Positions 17,409 through 25,941 of a stretch of DNA of 42,236 nucleotides are shown piece by piece (position 1 is the first letter of the stretch; each line of letters begins with the position of its first letter). Position numbers and translations under genes: made by a program. Under the pieces are notes generated by a model. The model was not told where the DNA came from. It did not search any database and saw only the letters and a program-made list of their open reading frames with translations. Origin of the DNA: a virus (Duplodnaviria; Caudoviricetes); IMG/VR virus record IMGVR_UViG_3300032320_002277, positions 1 through 42,236 of that record; one strand, 5' to 3'.

Positions 17409-18243
17409 AAAACTTGCAAAGTCGTATGACAAATACGATCTAGAAATTGCAGACAATCATAACTTTTTCGCTAATGAAATTTTAGTACACAACTGTCGAT
17501 GCATTGCTCGCCCCGATGGTCTATGGACTAGAAAAGGTAAGAGACATATGAGCGTCCCTCATATCGAGGAAGCACTTAAACCCTTTTTCGACTCTGGGAC
17601 AGATGTTCTATTGGATGGGGAATTATATTGTGATAAATTTGCCAATGATTTCAATGCTATATGTTCATTGGTTAGAAAGACTAAACCGACAGATAAAGAC
17701 TTGATCGAAAGTCGTAACAGTATCCAATTTTGGATTTATGATAACATTAAAGATGCTAAGTTCTCGGTGAGAAAAGATGGGCTTTCAATTCTGGAGGCAA
17801 CGATGTTTGCCGATCATCCTTTTATAAAATTTGTAAAAACAGATTCGGCTAAAGATCGCGAAGAATTGGATACACTATATGCCCAATATATCTTAGATGG
17901 ATATGAGGGTCAGATAATTCGAGATAATGAGGGTTTCTATGAACATAAGAGAAGTAAAAATCTTATCAAAAGAAAAGAGTTTGATACTGAAGAATTTGAA
18001 ATTTTAGATATCCTTGAAGGTGAAGGGAATAAGACGGGTATCGCGAGTTCTGCACTGTTTAAGACCGTGGATGGTAAGTTTTTCAATTCCAATATTAAAG
18101 GTAACAAGGCGTTTTGTAGAGACTTATGGGTTAACCGTGAGCGTTATATCGGGCAGATGGGGACGGTTCAATTTTTCGGCTATACACCTGGAGAATTAAT
18201 CCCCAGGTTCCCTTATTTAATCGAAGTTAGAAATTATGAATGA
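17389..18243 (+). CDS. Split-intein C-fragment (35 aa) fused to ATP-dependent DNA ligase C-terminal part (249 aa)
   Basis: YDLEIADNHNFFANEILVHN|C (blocks F/G, ends 17493, +1 Cys), then ligase motifs LLDGELY, FWIYD, GYEGQIIR, LIKRK, PRFP. Confidence 0.93.
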   Translation: MKIKSIKKLAKSYDKYDLEIADNHNFFANEILVHNCRCIARPDGLWTRKGKRHMSVPHIEEALKPFFDSGTDVLLDGELYCDKFANDFNAICSLVRKTKPTDKDLIESRNSIQFWIYDNIKDAKFSVRKDGLSILEATMFADHPFIKFVKTDSAKDREELDTLYAQYILDGYEGQIIRDNEGFYEHKRSKNLIKRKEFDTEEFEILDILEGEGNKTGIASSALFKTVDGKFFNSNIKGNKAFCRDLWVNRERYIGQMGTVQFFGYTPGELIPRFPYLIEVRNYE

Positions 18244-18808
18244 AATGAATCTTTTATTTAAACATACAGATAGGAATACACCATTCCGATTGATGCGGTA
18301 TTTATATCCCGATGAACTTCCTCCACAAGTATTAGCTTTAGGCTTAAGAGATAGAGAAATTGCCTTGAAAAGTTTTTCTGGTATAAATGAGCTTCATAGA
18401 CAATTAATAGAAGATATTCTTGGGTCAGCTAGGCGTTCAGAACGATCTAAATCTACTACAGAAGATGTAGTGACGGTCCTTATATCGGAAGCTAATAAGG
18501 TAGCGGTTCGCTGTCGGCGTAATCCCGCGAATATTATCGTTATTTCAGAATTCAATAAGGATATTCACATTAATCAAGCTACTCAACATGGAGATATAAT
18601 TAAACATTTCACTGTATATACATCCGAGTATTTAAAACCAGAGGATATTTTGATACTCTATGCTGGAAACAATTTATATGAATCTACGAATGTAGCCGAT
18701 GGAATAGGTTCATGCTATATAGAAACTTGCGGGCCTTCATTTAAAGCAGACTATGTCATGGACTCTATCGAGAACTTCGCAACATGCATACATTTTAAAA
18801 ATTTATGA
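18236..18808 (+). CDS. Short major-capsid (gp23/gp24)-like protein, paralogue A
   Basis: SEANKVAVRCRRNPANIIVIS resembles the gp23 EANxIAxxTRRGxGNxIxxS motif; also FRLMRYLY and LILYAG...DG. Confidence 0.5.
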   Translation: MNEMNLLFKHTDRNTPFRLMRYLYPDELPPQVLALGLRDREIALKSFSGINELHRQLIEDILGSARRSERSKSTTEDVVTVLISEANKVAVRCRRNPANIIVISEFNKDIHINQATQHGDIIKHFTVYTSEYLKPEDILILYAGNNLYESTNVADGIGSCYIETCGPSFKADYVMDSIENFATCIHFKNL

Positions 18809-19371
18809 AAACAACAAAAACAACAATACTAGATGTTTTATTTAAACATGATCAAAATGATAATGTAGCTAGAATGCTTCGATGTGTTCAAGATGGAAAT
18901 GATTTCTCGAATAAATGTATAGCTAAGGAGATTATTTTGCATGATTATGCCGACCATACATGTTTCGAGAAGACTATATTCGAGGAAATATACAAAGGAG
19001 CTATTATTTCTATAAGAACAGAAGTGACCCCCGAATCGATAATGGATAGTATAGTCAGTGAGGCTAATGAAATAGCCGTGAGAAATATGAGAAGACTCGC
19101 CGATGTTATTTGTGTTTCTGAAAATTGTGGAGAAGAAATAGAACAGGCAGTGCGTCTATATCATAATCACTTTGAAATTTATAAAAATGCATTATTAACC
19201 GCAAATGAGATATTACTGATAGGTCGCGATGCGGGGCTTTTTAATAAAAACCATGTGACCGATGGAGTCGGAACATACTATCAGGAACAGGTAGGTGAAA
19301 ATTATCGAGCGGGATATGTTATGGATGCAATCGAGAATTTCGTTACTTTAATAAAATTTAAAAATTTATGA
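18805..19371 (+). CDS. Short major-capsid-like protein, paralogue B
   Basis: SEANEIAVRNMRRLADVICVS; C-terminus YVMDAIENFVTLIKFKNL closely matches paralogue A YVMDSIENFATCIHFKNL. Confidence 0.5.
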   Translation: MKTTKTTILDVLFKHDQNDNVARMLRCVQDGNDFSNKCIAKEIILHDYADHTCFEKTIFEEIYKGAIISIRTEVTPESIMDSIVSEANEIAVRNMRRLADVICVSENCGEEIEQAVRLYHNHFEIYKNALLTANEILLIGRDAGLFNKNHVTDGVGTYYQEQVGENYRAGYVMDAIENFVTLIKFKNL

Positions 19372-19661
19372 AAAAAATAACAACAGAAACTAAGGATGCC
19401 ATTCTTAATAATACTGCTAAAGTCGTGGTGAAATTTGGCGCAACATGGTGTGGCCCATGCCGATCATATGATCAAGCAATCGCTTCATTAGATGCGGATA
19501 ACATCGAATTCTATTCTTGTGATGTAGATTCTAATGCTGATTGGGTAGGTTCATTGAGTATTCGAGGAATACCAGCGACAATTCTATTTGAAAATGGGGT
19601 AGAGACTAAGAGATTAACGGGAGTTCAAAGTCCGGCCACGATTATGGCCTTATTAAATTAA
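19368..19661 (+). CDS. trxA: Thioredoxin
   Basis: FGATWCGPC active site, IRGIPA cis-Pro motif, 97 aa. Confidence 0.93.
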   Translation: MKKITTETKDAILNNTAKVVVKFGATWCGPCRSYDQAIASLDADNIEFYSCDVDSNADWVGSLSIRGIPATILFENGVETKRLTGVQSPATIMALLN

Positions 19662-20171
19662 ATGGGAAGAGCACTTTTACCAAAAGGCGGCAAAGATCGG
19701 GTAATGACTCCAGATGCATTAGCCGAGCAAATAGTGGGCTATTTCAATCCATTTGGGAAAACTGTGTTAGAACCATGTAAAGGCGAAGGGGCGTTTATGA
19801 GGGCATTTGAAAAATACGGAATAAATGCAGATTGGTGCGAGATCGATGAGGGGCGAGATTTTTACGAATATGATAAGAAGGTGGATTGGATTATTACCAA
19901 TCCACCATATTCACAGATGACTAAATTTCTCAATAAATCATTGGAGATATCCGATAATATTGTCTTTCTATGTCTTGCAAATGCTATGATGTTCACATCA
20001 CGAGTTAGGCCGATCAATCAGGCAGGTTTCGGATTTAAAGAAATAGTGTTTGTAGATACTCCACCGAAACCATGGCCATCGTTTGGGGTTCCATTAGTCA
20101 CGGTGCATCTCAAAAAAGGATATAAAGGGAGTTGTAGTTTCGTATATGACCACTGTAGTAAACTTCAATAA
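19662..20171 (+). CDS. Small amino (N6-adenine-type) DNA methyltransferase
   Basis: VMTP, VLEPCKGEGAF (SAM motif I), IITNPPYS (motif IV). Confidence 0.85.
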   Translation: MGRALLPKGGKDRVMTPDALAEQIVGYFNPFGKTVLEPCKGEGAFMRAFEKYGINADWCEIDEGRDFYEYDKKVDWIITNPPYSQMTKFLNKSLEISDNIVFLCLANAMMFTSRVRPINQAGFGFKEIVFVDTPPKPWPSFGVPLVTVHLKKGYKGSCSFVYDHCSKLQ

Positions 20172-20451
20172 ATTTCCATATGATATCTATATAGGAAGAC
20201 CTTCGAAATGGGGAAATCCTTATTCTCATTTAGAGGATAAGGATACATTGGCAGAATTTAAAGTTAATACAAGAAAAGAGGCCATTGAAAGTTATGAGAA
20301 ATGGATTCGACAAAATAAAGAATTAATGGACTCATTATACGAATTGGATGGTAAAGTTCTGGGATGTTGGTGTAAACCGTTATCTTGTCACGGAGATGTT
20401 TTAATAAAGCTTTTGAAAGAGAAACATTTGGAGGATATATTTAAATTATGA
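20146..20451 (+). CDS. DUF4326-like protein
   Basis: YIGRPSKWGNPY ... LDGKVLGCWCKPLSCHGDVL. Confidence 0.85.
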   Translation: MTTVVNFNKFPYDIYIGRPSKWGNPYSHLEDKDTLAEFKVNTRKEAIESYEKWIRQNKELMDSLYELDGKVLGCWCKPLSCHGDVLIKLLKEKHLEDIFKL

Positions 20452-20723
20452 CAGCAAAAGAAGCGAATAAATTGGCAGATGATAGTTTCAATGGATCGTA
20501 TTTTGATTCCACGATGGATGAAATATATTCAAAAATAAAAGATCAATGTTTAAAAGGGAATAAATATGTATATATTGAAATTAAAGATTATAGATTGGGT
20601 ATCAGGATATGGCAAAAATTATGCGATGATGGATACGAAGTGACAAAAATATTATCCGACCATACAGATTGGTCAAAACGTGAGATAAAAGCCTTGAGTA
20701 TATATTGGTTTGACCATAACTAA
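20448..20723 (+). CDS. Hypothetical protein (91 aa)
   Basis: ATGA overlap with the previous gene. Confidence 0.7.
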   Translation: MTAKEANKLADDSFNGSYFDSTMDEIYSKIKDQCLKGNKYVYIEIKDYRLGIRIWQKLCDDGYEVTKILSDHTDWSKREIKALSIYWFDHN

Positions 20724-20725
20724 AC

Positions 20726-21208
20726 ATGAAACTTATACCTAATTTTATAACTAATGCAGATTCTATAGTCGAAGAATGTCGGAATCTTAACCATGCATTC
20801 AAACCTAGGCAGATGGATGATGCACATTATGGTTTCATTCCTAACATACCTTCAAGATTCTGCACATTGAAAAATGAGGATATGCCCGATTCTCTTATGT
20901 CTAAAATCTTCTCATCTGAAAATCAATGGGATTTTGATGTGATAAATTTCTGGAGTTTTATTCAGATTCAAAGGTATGATATAGGAGATTATATTGTTCC
21001 GCATCGAGATGCATACTTCGTGAAAAAACTCCATCTTGTAACTCTCACCTCTTCGGATAAGGATGGCTTAATATGTGAGGACGATGATCATATCCTTAAT
21101 TTTATCCCCGATAAGGCAGGGCAGTATATTGATTTCAGATATGATGCTGTTCATTTTATCTCTCCGGTGATCGATCATCCACGTTACAGTATTGTGGTAG
21201 GGATGTAA
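20726..21208 (+). CDS. 2OG-Fe(II) dioxygenase
   Basis: QRYDIGDYIVPHRD (HxD), distal His (VHFISPV), RYS. Confidence 0.8.
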   Translation: MKLIPNFITNADSIVEECRNLNHAFKPRQMDDAHYGFIPNIPSRFCTLKNEDMPDSLMSKIFSSENQWDFDVINFWSFIQIQRYDIGDYIVPHRDAYFVKKLHLVTLTSSDKDGLICEDDDHILNFIPDKAGQYIDFRYDAVHFISPVIDHPRYSIVVGM

Positions 21209-21214
21209 AATCGC

Positions 21215-21243
21215 TTGACTTTGCCTATAAAGTAGAGTATATT
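21215..21243 (+). promoter_or_regulatory. Sigma70-type promoter (leaderless)
   Basis: TTGACT-17 bp-TATATT; 7 nt to the ATG at 21251. Confidence 0.75.
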
Positions 21244-21250
21244 ATAGAAT

Positions 21251-21526
21251 ATGGATTCACCTAAAGAATATGAAGATAATTTAGTCTCAGACTATACTAT
21301 TCCCCAATGGGAAAAAGACCTTCTATCGAAGGTTAAAACCTCCGATCATTTACCCTTTACAGTCTATGATATGGTTCAAACTGGATATCCATTACCCGAC
21401 CACGGGGAAATGATTCCTCGTTTTTATGGCCCGATGGATGAGGAAAAAATGCACCCACCTGAAGGTATGTGGTGTAAAGTCGAGGATGTGAGGAAATATT
21501 TAGATAGTTTACAGAATAGAGAATGA
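21251..21526 (+). CDS. Hypothetical protein (91 aa)
   Basis: Directly after the promoter; ATGA overlap with the next gene. Confidence 0.7.
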   Translation: MDSPKEYEDNLVSDYTIPQWEKDLLSKVKTSDHLPFTVYDMVQTGYPLPDHGEMIPRFYGPMDEEKMHPPEGMWCKVEDVRKYLDSLQNRE

Positions 21527-22002
21527 GTAAGATATATGCACTTTTCAATCGCGAAACAAAACAGTTCGCCACATGGCTATTATCATTAGATGCTTTTCCA
21601 CCAGAAGTGGTTAAGACATTGCTTATTCGCGAAGTTGTTCTAGAAGAATACGGAGTCTTTAATGGTGTTTTTGACCCAGAAAGACATAGATGGATCGGTG
21701 ATTACGATCAAGGTCGATTTCAAGATGTTTTGCATGATAATGTAGCTATTGTGACCGAAAAACAATTGGTGCAGAAATATGCCGAAATCTTTTTAAGAAA
21801 ATATACACTGAATAATATCTGGGATGTAATTAAGACCGCAGAGATGACAACTCCAGATGGATTAGAGATGAAAGATTTTCTTCTTAAAATCCTGAAAAGA
21901 ATGGAAGATGATGTAGAATTTTACAAAACATCTGGTGTCCATGAATATATCACCACAGAAGAATCAAAAGAAAAACAAGAAAAAGCATTTACAGTAACAT
22001 GA
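21523..22002 (+). CDS. Hypothetical protein (159 aa)
   Basis: ATGA overlaps at both ends. Confidence 0.75.
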   Translation: MSKIYALFNRETKQFATWLLSLDAFPPEVVKTLLIREVVLEEYGVFNGVFDPERHRWIGDYDQGRFQDVLHDNVAIVTEKQLVQKYAEIFLRKYTLNNIWDVIKTAEMTTPDGLEMKDFLLKILKRMEDDVEFYKTSGVHEYITTEESKEKQEKAFTVT

Positions 22003-22709
22003 CAGAGTATCGAGCATATAACATCTATTTTATAGGGGACACCCATACACTTGCATTCTTTCATAAATTAGAAAAATTCGATTTTAAGGATTTTATTCTA
22101 ATTCATGTTGGCGATGCGGGTGAGGGTTTCGCCAACTATGAATATACTGACCGCCACCATCTTGCATGTTTGAATGAGTTTTGCATAAAGAACAATGGAA
22201 GGATTTTAATCGTTCGCGGTAATCATTCTAACCCTGCATTTTATCGTCCCGATCATTGGTCTGCCGAATTTGACAAGGTTACTTTTGTTCCCGATTACAC
22301 ATATCTAAACATTAATGGTAAGATATGCCTGTTTGTCGGAGGCGCGATCTCTATCGACCGAACGCAAAGAATAGCAGGAATTGATTATTGGGAAGACGAA
22401 GTTTTCGTTCTAAGAGAAGACTATACCGAATTACCTCAATGTGATGTGTTAATCACACATTCTTCCCCTATATCCGCATACCCTAATGACGGTCTAGCCC
22501 CGATAAAATATTGGCTCGATAAAGACCCGCCACTGAGAGAAGAACTGATCGAAGAACGTAAAAATATCCAATTACTGTTCGACCATGTTTATTGTAATAA
22601 ACTATTTTACGGTCACTTTCACCACTCTGCATCTATATATTCCGATGGATGTTATATGAGGTGTCTCAACATAGACGAGATATTTGATGCGACTTATGAG
22701 TTTAGATAA
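21999..22709 (+). CDS. Calcineurin-like metallophosphoesterase
   Basis: IGDTH, VGDAG, RGNH, GGAISIDR, ITHSSP, GHFH. Confidence 0.9.
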   Translation: MTEYRAYNIYFIGDTHTLAFFHKLEKFDFKDFILIHVGDAGEGFANYEYTDRHHLACLNEFCIKNNGRILIVRGNHSNPAFYRPDHWSAEFDKVTFVPDYTYLNINGKICLFVGGAISIDRTQRIAGIDYWEDEVFVLREDYTELPQCDVLITHSSPISAYPNDGLAPIKYWLDKDPPLREELIEERKNIQLLFDHVYCNKLFYGHFHHSASIYSDGCYMRCLNIDEIFDATYEFR

Positions 22710-22807
22710 GATTTTAAACTTTATATGAGAAAACATTGATCGTATTAAATTGTTCCACGTTGTTACCAACATTCATCCGTGGATATTGATAAATACCATC
22801 AGAATAT

Positions 22808-23620
22808 ATGGATAATTCTGATAGATTTTTAAAAAATTGCCCTAGTTGTGGAAAAGAAATATCATATCGAAGAAAAGAGGATTTAACTTATTCGATTAAA
22901 AATAATTCAAGATGTAGAAGTTGTGCTAATTCTGGCGCAAATCATCCCTCTTTTGGTAAAAAATTATCCGAAGAACGGAGGGCTGAGATATCGGCAAGAA
23001 CTTCTGGAGAGAAAAATCCAAATTATGGTAAAATTATGCCGCCTCATGTAAAAGAGGCGATGCGGAGGGCTAATATTGGGAGAAAACCAATCAACATTGA
23101 AGCGCGAAAAGGGAAAACATTAGAAGAGATATATGGGGTGGACCGTGCTAAAGATATTCGCGAAAAATATAAAAATAGACCGCCGCCGAGTATAGAGTCA
23201 AATATTAAAAGAAGTGAAAGCTGTAAAAAGTCTGGATGTGGGCAAGCGGCTACAGGTCGAGTGGCATCTGATGAAGAACGCCGACGTATGAGACTCCGCT
23301 TTATAGCAAAGCTTGAAGAAACGGGGAAAACTTTTCATCCACCTTTCAATAGAAAGGCATGTGCATTTTTTGATAAATTGATGACGGAGAGTGAAACCCC
23401 CATTCATATACGACATGCTTTGAATGGCGGCGAATTCCATGTTAAAGAATTAGGGTTCTGGTTAGATGGATATGACGAGGTAAATAATGTGGCATATGAA
23501 TATGATGAATTAAAACATCATTATAAAAATGGAGAACTGTCGGAGAAAGATAAAATCCGCCAAAAATTAATTGAGGAACATTTGAATTGTAAATTTATAA
23601 GAATCAAAGAAACAGGGTGA
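22808..23620 (+). mobile_element. Free-standing homing endonuclease gene (Zn finger + NUMOD3-like repeats + Vsr/DUF559-like nuclease)
   Basis: CPSC/CRSC; HPSFGKKLSEERRAEIS and NPNYGK repeats; C-terminal GGEF...LDGYD...YEYDELKHH...KDKIRQ...CKFIRI. TAAATA at 22790-22795. Confidence 0.8.
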
Positions 23621-23638
23621 GAGACCATAAATATATCT

Positions 23639-24175
23639 ATGAATTTCAACACTCTCTATAGAATTATAAAAGAAAATGATGCACTCCGTGCCTATTCTTG
23701 TCTTATGTTAGATTGCGCTTTTTTACAAAGGGATATTTTCGATCTGAGTAATCGGATATGTCCATGTGATGTATATGATGATATCGAGGGTCATGGGATC
23801 GAAAAAAATCCTCATTGTACTGTTCTTTACGGTATTCATACCGAGAAATTCGCAGATATCCTTAATGCTGTCGATCTAAAACCGTGCAGTTTTAAAATCA
23901 AAGATATTTCTTTATTTTCGAATGAGAAATACGATGTGTTGAAGTTGGGTATTACATCCAAAGACCTCACACGATTAAATAAACAATGCTGTGAGAGTCT
24001 TGATTATACCAATGCATATGACGACTATAAAGCACATATAACCGTGGCTTATTTACGTCCAGGGACGGGAAAGCAGTACACCAAATTAAAGTGTGATTTA
24101 ATCGGCCATCAATGGCAATCGGATACATTTATATTCTCCGATAAAAATTCCAATAAAGTCTATCATCATTGTTAG
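23639..24175 (+). CDS. 2H phosphoesterase, Acb1/T4 gp57B-like
   Basis: Two HxT motifs (PHCTVLYG, KAHITVAY); TAAATA at 23628-23633; MNFNTLYRIIKEN N-terminus. Confidence 0.75.
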   Translation: MNFNTLYRIIKENDALRAYSCLMLDCAFLQRDIFDLSNRICPCDVYDDIEGHGIEKNPHCTVLYGIHTEKFADILNAVDLKPCSFKIKDISLFSNEKYDVLKLGITSKDLTRLNKQCCESLDYTNAYDDYKAHITVAYLRPGTGKQYTKLKCDLIGHQWQSDTFIFSDKNSNKVYHHC

Positions 24176-24372
24176 ATGATCTTATTGTTATTATCTATGA
24201 TACGGATTTTATCTTCTGGTAATCCGTCCAATGCATGGACATGAGAAGAGGCGATCCATAGAATCTCCTCTAAATCCCATAAAATATCAATGGACTCCCA
24301 ACAACCCATCCGTAGAACTTCTAGGTTATACGGGGGCTGGTAGTAGTTATTGAATCTCATTTCCATCTTCAT
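24172..24372 (-). CDS. Small hypothetical protein, paralogue of 24347..24523
   Basis: Ends KIRIIDNNNKII; the start could be 24360. Confidence 0.6.
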   Translation of the reverse strand: MKMEMRFNNYYQPPYNLEVLRMGCWESIDILWDLEEILWIASSHVHALDGLPEDKIRIIDNNNKII

Positions 24373-24523
24373 CTATAATTCGTATTTGCTGTTCACCATG
24401 CTTTTCTGCATAGTGAGAAGCGGTTCTGAGAGCAGAATTTAGATCAGATGTTGTTTCTATAGTCCACCACTTACCAATTTCTTTAAATTGGACGGTGTAT
24501 TTAAGTCTAATCATCATCTTCAT
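24347..24523 (-). CDS. Small hypothetical protein (58 aa)
   Basis: Manual translation MKMMIRLKYTVQFKEIGKWWTIETTSDLNSALRTASHYAEKHGEQQIRIIDEDGNEIQ*; absent from the ORF track. Confidence 0.65.
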   Translation of the reverse strand: MKMMIRLKYTVQFKEIGKWWTIETTSDLNSALRTASHYAEKHGEQQIRIIDEDGNEIQ

Positions 24524-24968
24524 TCCAACGATTCATCATCCCTTTGATGACTTCGAACGGCACATTGTGGGTGTTTCTGATGAAAAATTCCATTACATCT
24601 TTATCTGTGAAAGATTTATCACGCAATTTAGGGTGAATTCTTTTAAACCAAGGAGATGATGGGAAAAGGATTTTTACATCGTATCCATACTTACTCGCTA
24701 AGACTTTGTATGGACGACGATCACGCGCAGTGATATTGGTATTACATGCACATATAGGAGATACACCCCTCTGCATTGCGCGTTCAACCCGATTATGATT
24801 CCATCCATGTGCTTGAGCAATCTTACTCGCCTCCCATTCATACTGTCCATTAACCATATAGAAATCATCGGTCGAAAATATATGGTCAAGAGGCATAAGT
24901 TGTTCGGCGGCATAGTTTTTACCACCTCCAAGTGGAGACATCGTGAGGTATAGTATTTTATCATTCAT
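24507..24968 (-). CDS. P-loop polynucleotide-kinase-like protein (AAA_33/N4BP2-like)
   Basis: SPLGGGKN P-loop variant, STDDFY, AHGWN, NTN, RNTHNVP. Confidence 0.8.
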   Translation of the reverse strand: MNDKILYLTMSPLGGGKNYAAEQLMPLDHIFSTDDFYMVNGQYEWEASKIAQAHGWNHNRVERAMQRGVSPICACNTNITARDRRPYKVLASKYGYDVKILFPSSPWFKRIHPKLRDKSFTDKDVMEFFIRNTHNVPFEVIKGMMNRWNEDDD

Positions 24969-24975
24969 ATTTAAT

Positions 24976-25003
24976 ACTATAACGTAAAATAAACTATTGT
25001 CAA
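24976..25003 (-). promoter_or_regulatory. Sigma70-type promoter (leaderless)
   Basis: TTGACA-16 bp-TATAGT; 7 nt to the ATG at 24968. Confidence 0.65.
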
Positions 25004-25033
25004 GTTTTTATTTTCAATCTCATAAATAATTCT

Positions 25034-25537
25034 ATGAATTTTAAACAATAATGTTCACTATGTGTTCTTTTAGAGAAAAGAAGTTTCGTTGGTCAGTATG
25101 AACTTGATATTGATTATTTAAATGCAATACTTGATAAAACAGGATATTTGAAGATTGTTGATAAAGAAAAAGGGAAAAACCCAAACTTTGAAAAAGAATA
25201 TGTTGAACCGATTGTAGATTTTTTAAAAACACATAATATAGATGTTGGGGCATCTTTAAGCCGCCATAGTTTTGCTGATGGATATGAATATTATATTAAA
25301 AAAGTTCATGTTGGAACACCCGCACCAGAATTAGAACCGTGGGATGTTGCTAAAAAGAAACTTGAGAAAAGACGTATTGACCGTGGACATGCCCATTCAG
25401 GAGGAGCATCAGAATGGCAAATGTTGAGGAAAGTGTCTAGGCAAAAAGCAATAGGTCAACCATTAGATAATACTTTCGGATATGGAAAAAAAGATTCTAA
25501 AGGGCGACCACTAGATTTATCTGATGATGAATTTTAA
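25034..25537 (+). pseudogene. Late gene interrupted by an in-frame TAA at codon 6 (or a sequencing error)
   Basis: TAAATA at 25023-25028, ATG at 25034, MNFKQ*CSLCVLLEKR..., in frame with the track ORF 25148..25537. Confidence 0.65.
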
Positions 25538-25543
25538 AAATTA

Positions 25544-25933
25544 TCAACAGTTCCATTTTCTTCTGGCTTTACAACCACGAGTTTCTTTATTACCACACCC
25601 ACCTTCTGGAATCCAATCCGTACTTCTAGCGCAAAAAGATTTTCTTCTTTTTGCCGATTTACTACCTTTTTTGAGTTTTGACGGGTCTGTTGTTACGGCA
25701 GTCTGAAGTTTAGAACCAGGGTTTTCTTTTCGATAAGATTCGACACCTTTTTTATTCAAACCCCCTTCGGGATTCTTACCTTCTTTTCTTTGCCATGCGG
25801 CAGATTCATCAACTGTTTTAGGAACACAATTAGGAACTTTTCGCTTACCTTTTTTCTTCATTCCTACTTGTTTGTAGTTTTTCCAGCAAGCTTCTAAGAT
25901 AGAGTTAACATAAGCATCAAATTGTTCAGTCAT
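25544..25933 (-). CDS. Basic T4-like phage protein (DUF6321-like), probably head-internal
   Basis: CWKNYKQVGMKKKGKRKVPNCVP, AAWQRKEGKNPEGGLN, RRKSFCAR, RKWNC; TAAATA at 25944-25939. Confidence 0.8.
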   Translation of the reverse strand: MTEQFDAYVNSILEACWKNYKQVGMKKKGKRKVPNCVPKTVDESAAWQRKEGKNPEGGLNKKGVESYRKENPGSKLQTAVTTDPSKLKKGSKSAKRRKSFCARSTDWIPEGGCGNKETRGCKARRKWNC

Positions 25934-25941
25934 TCAATTAT

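Noticed and set aside
19662-20171. Restriction-modification system
   Set aside because: Orphan methyltransferase with no adjacent restriction endonuclease, which is common in phages.
22754-22783. Small hairpin TCCACG/CGTGGA upstream of the homing endonuclease
   Set aside because: Only 6 bp with a large loop and it does not cover the start codon; could be chance.
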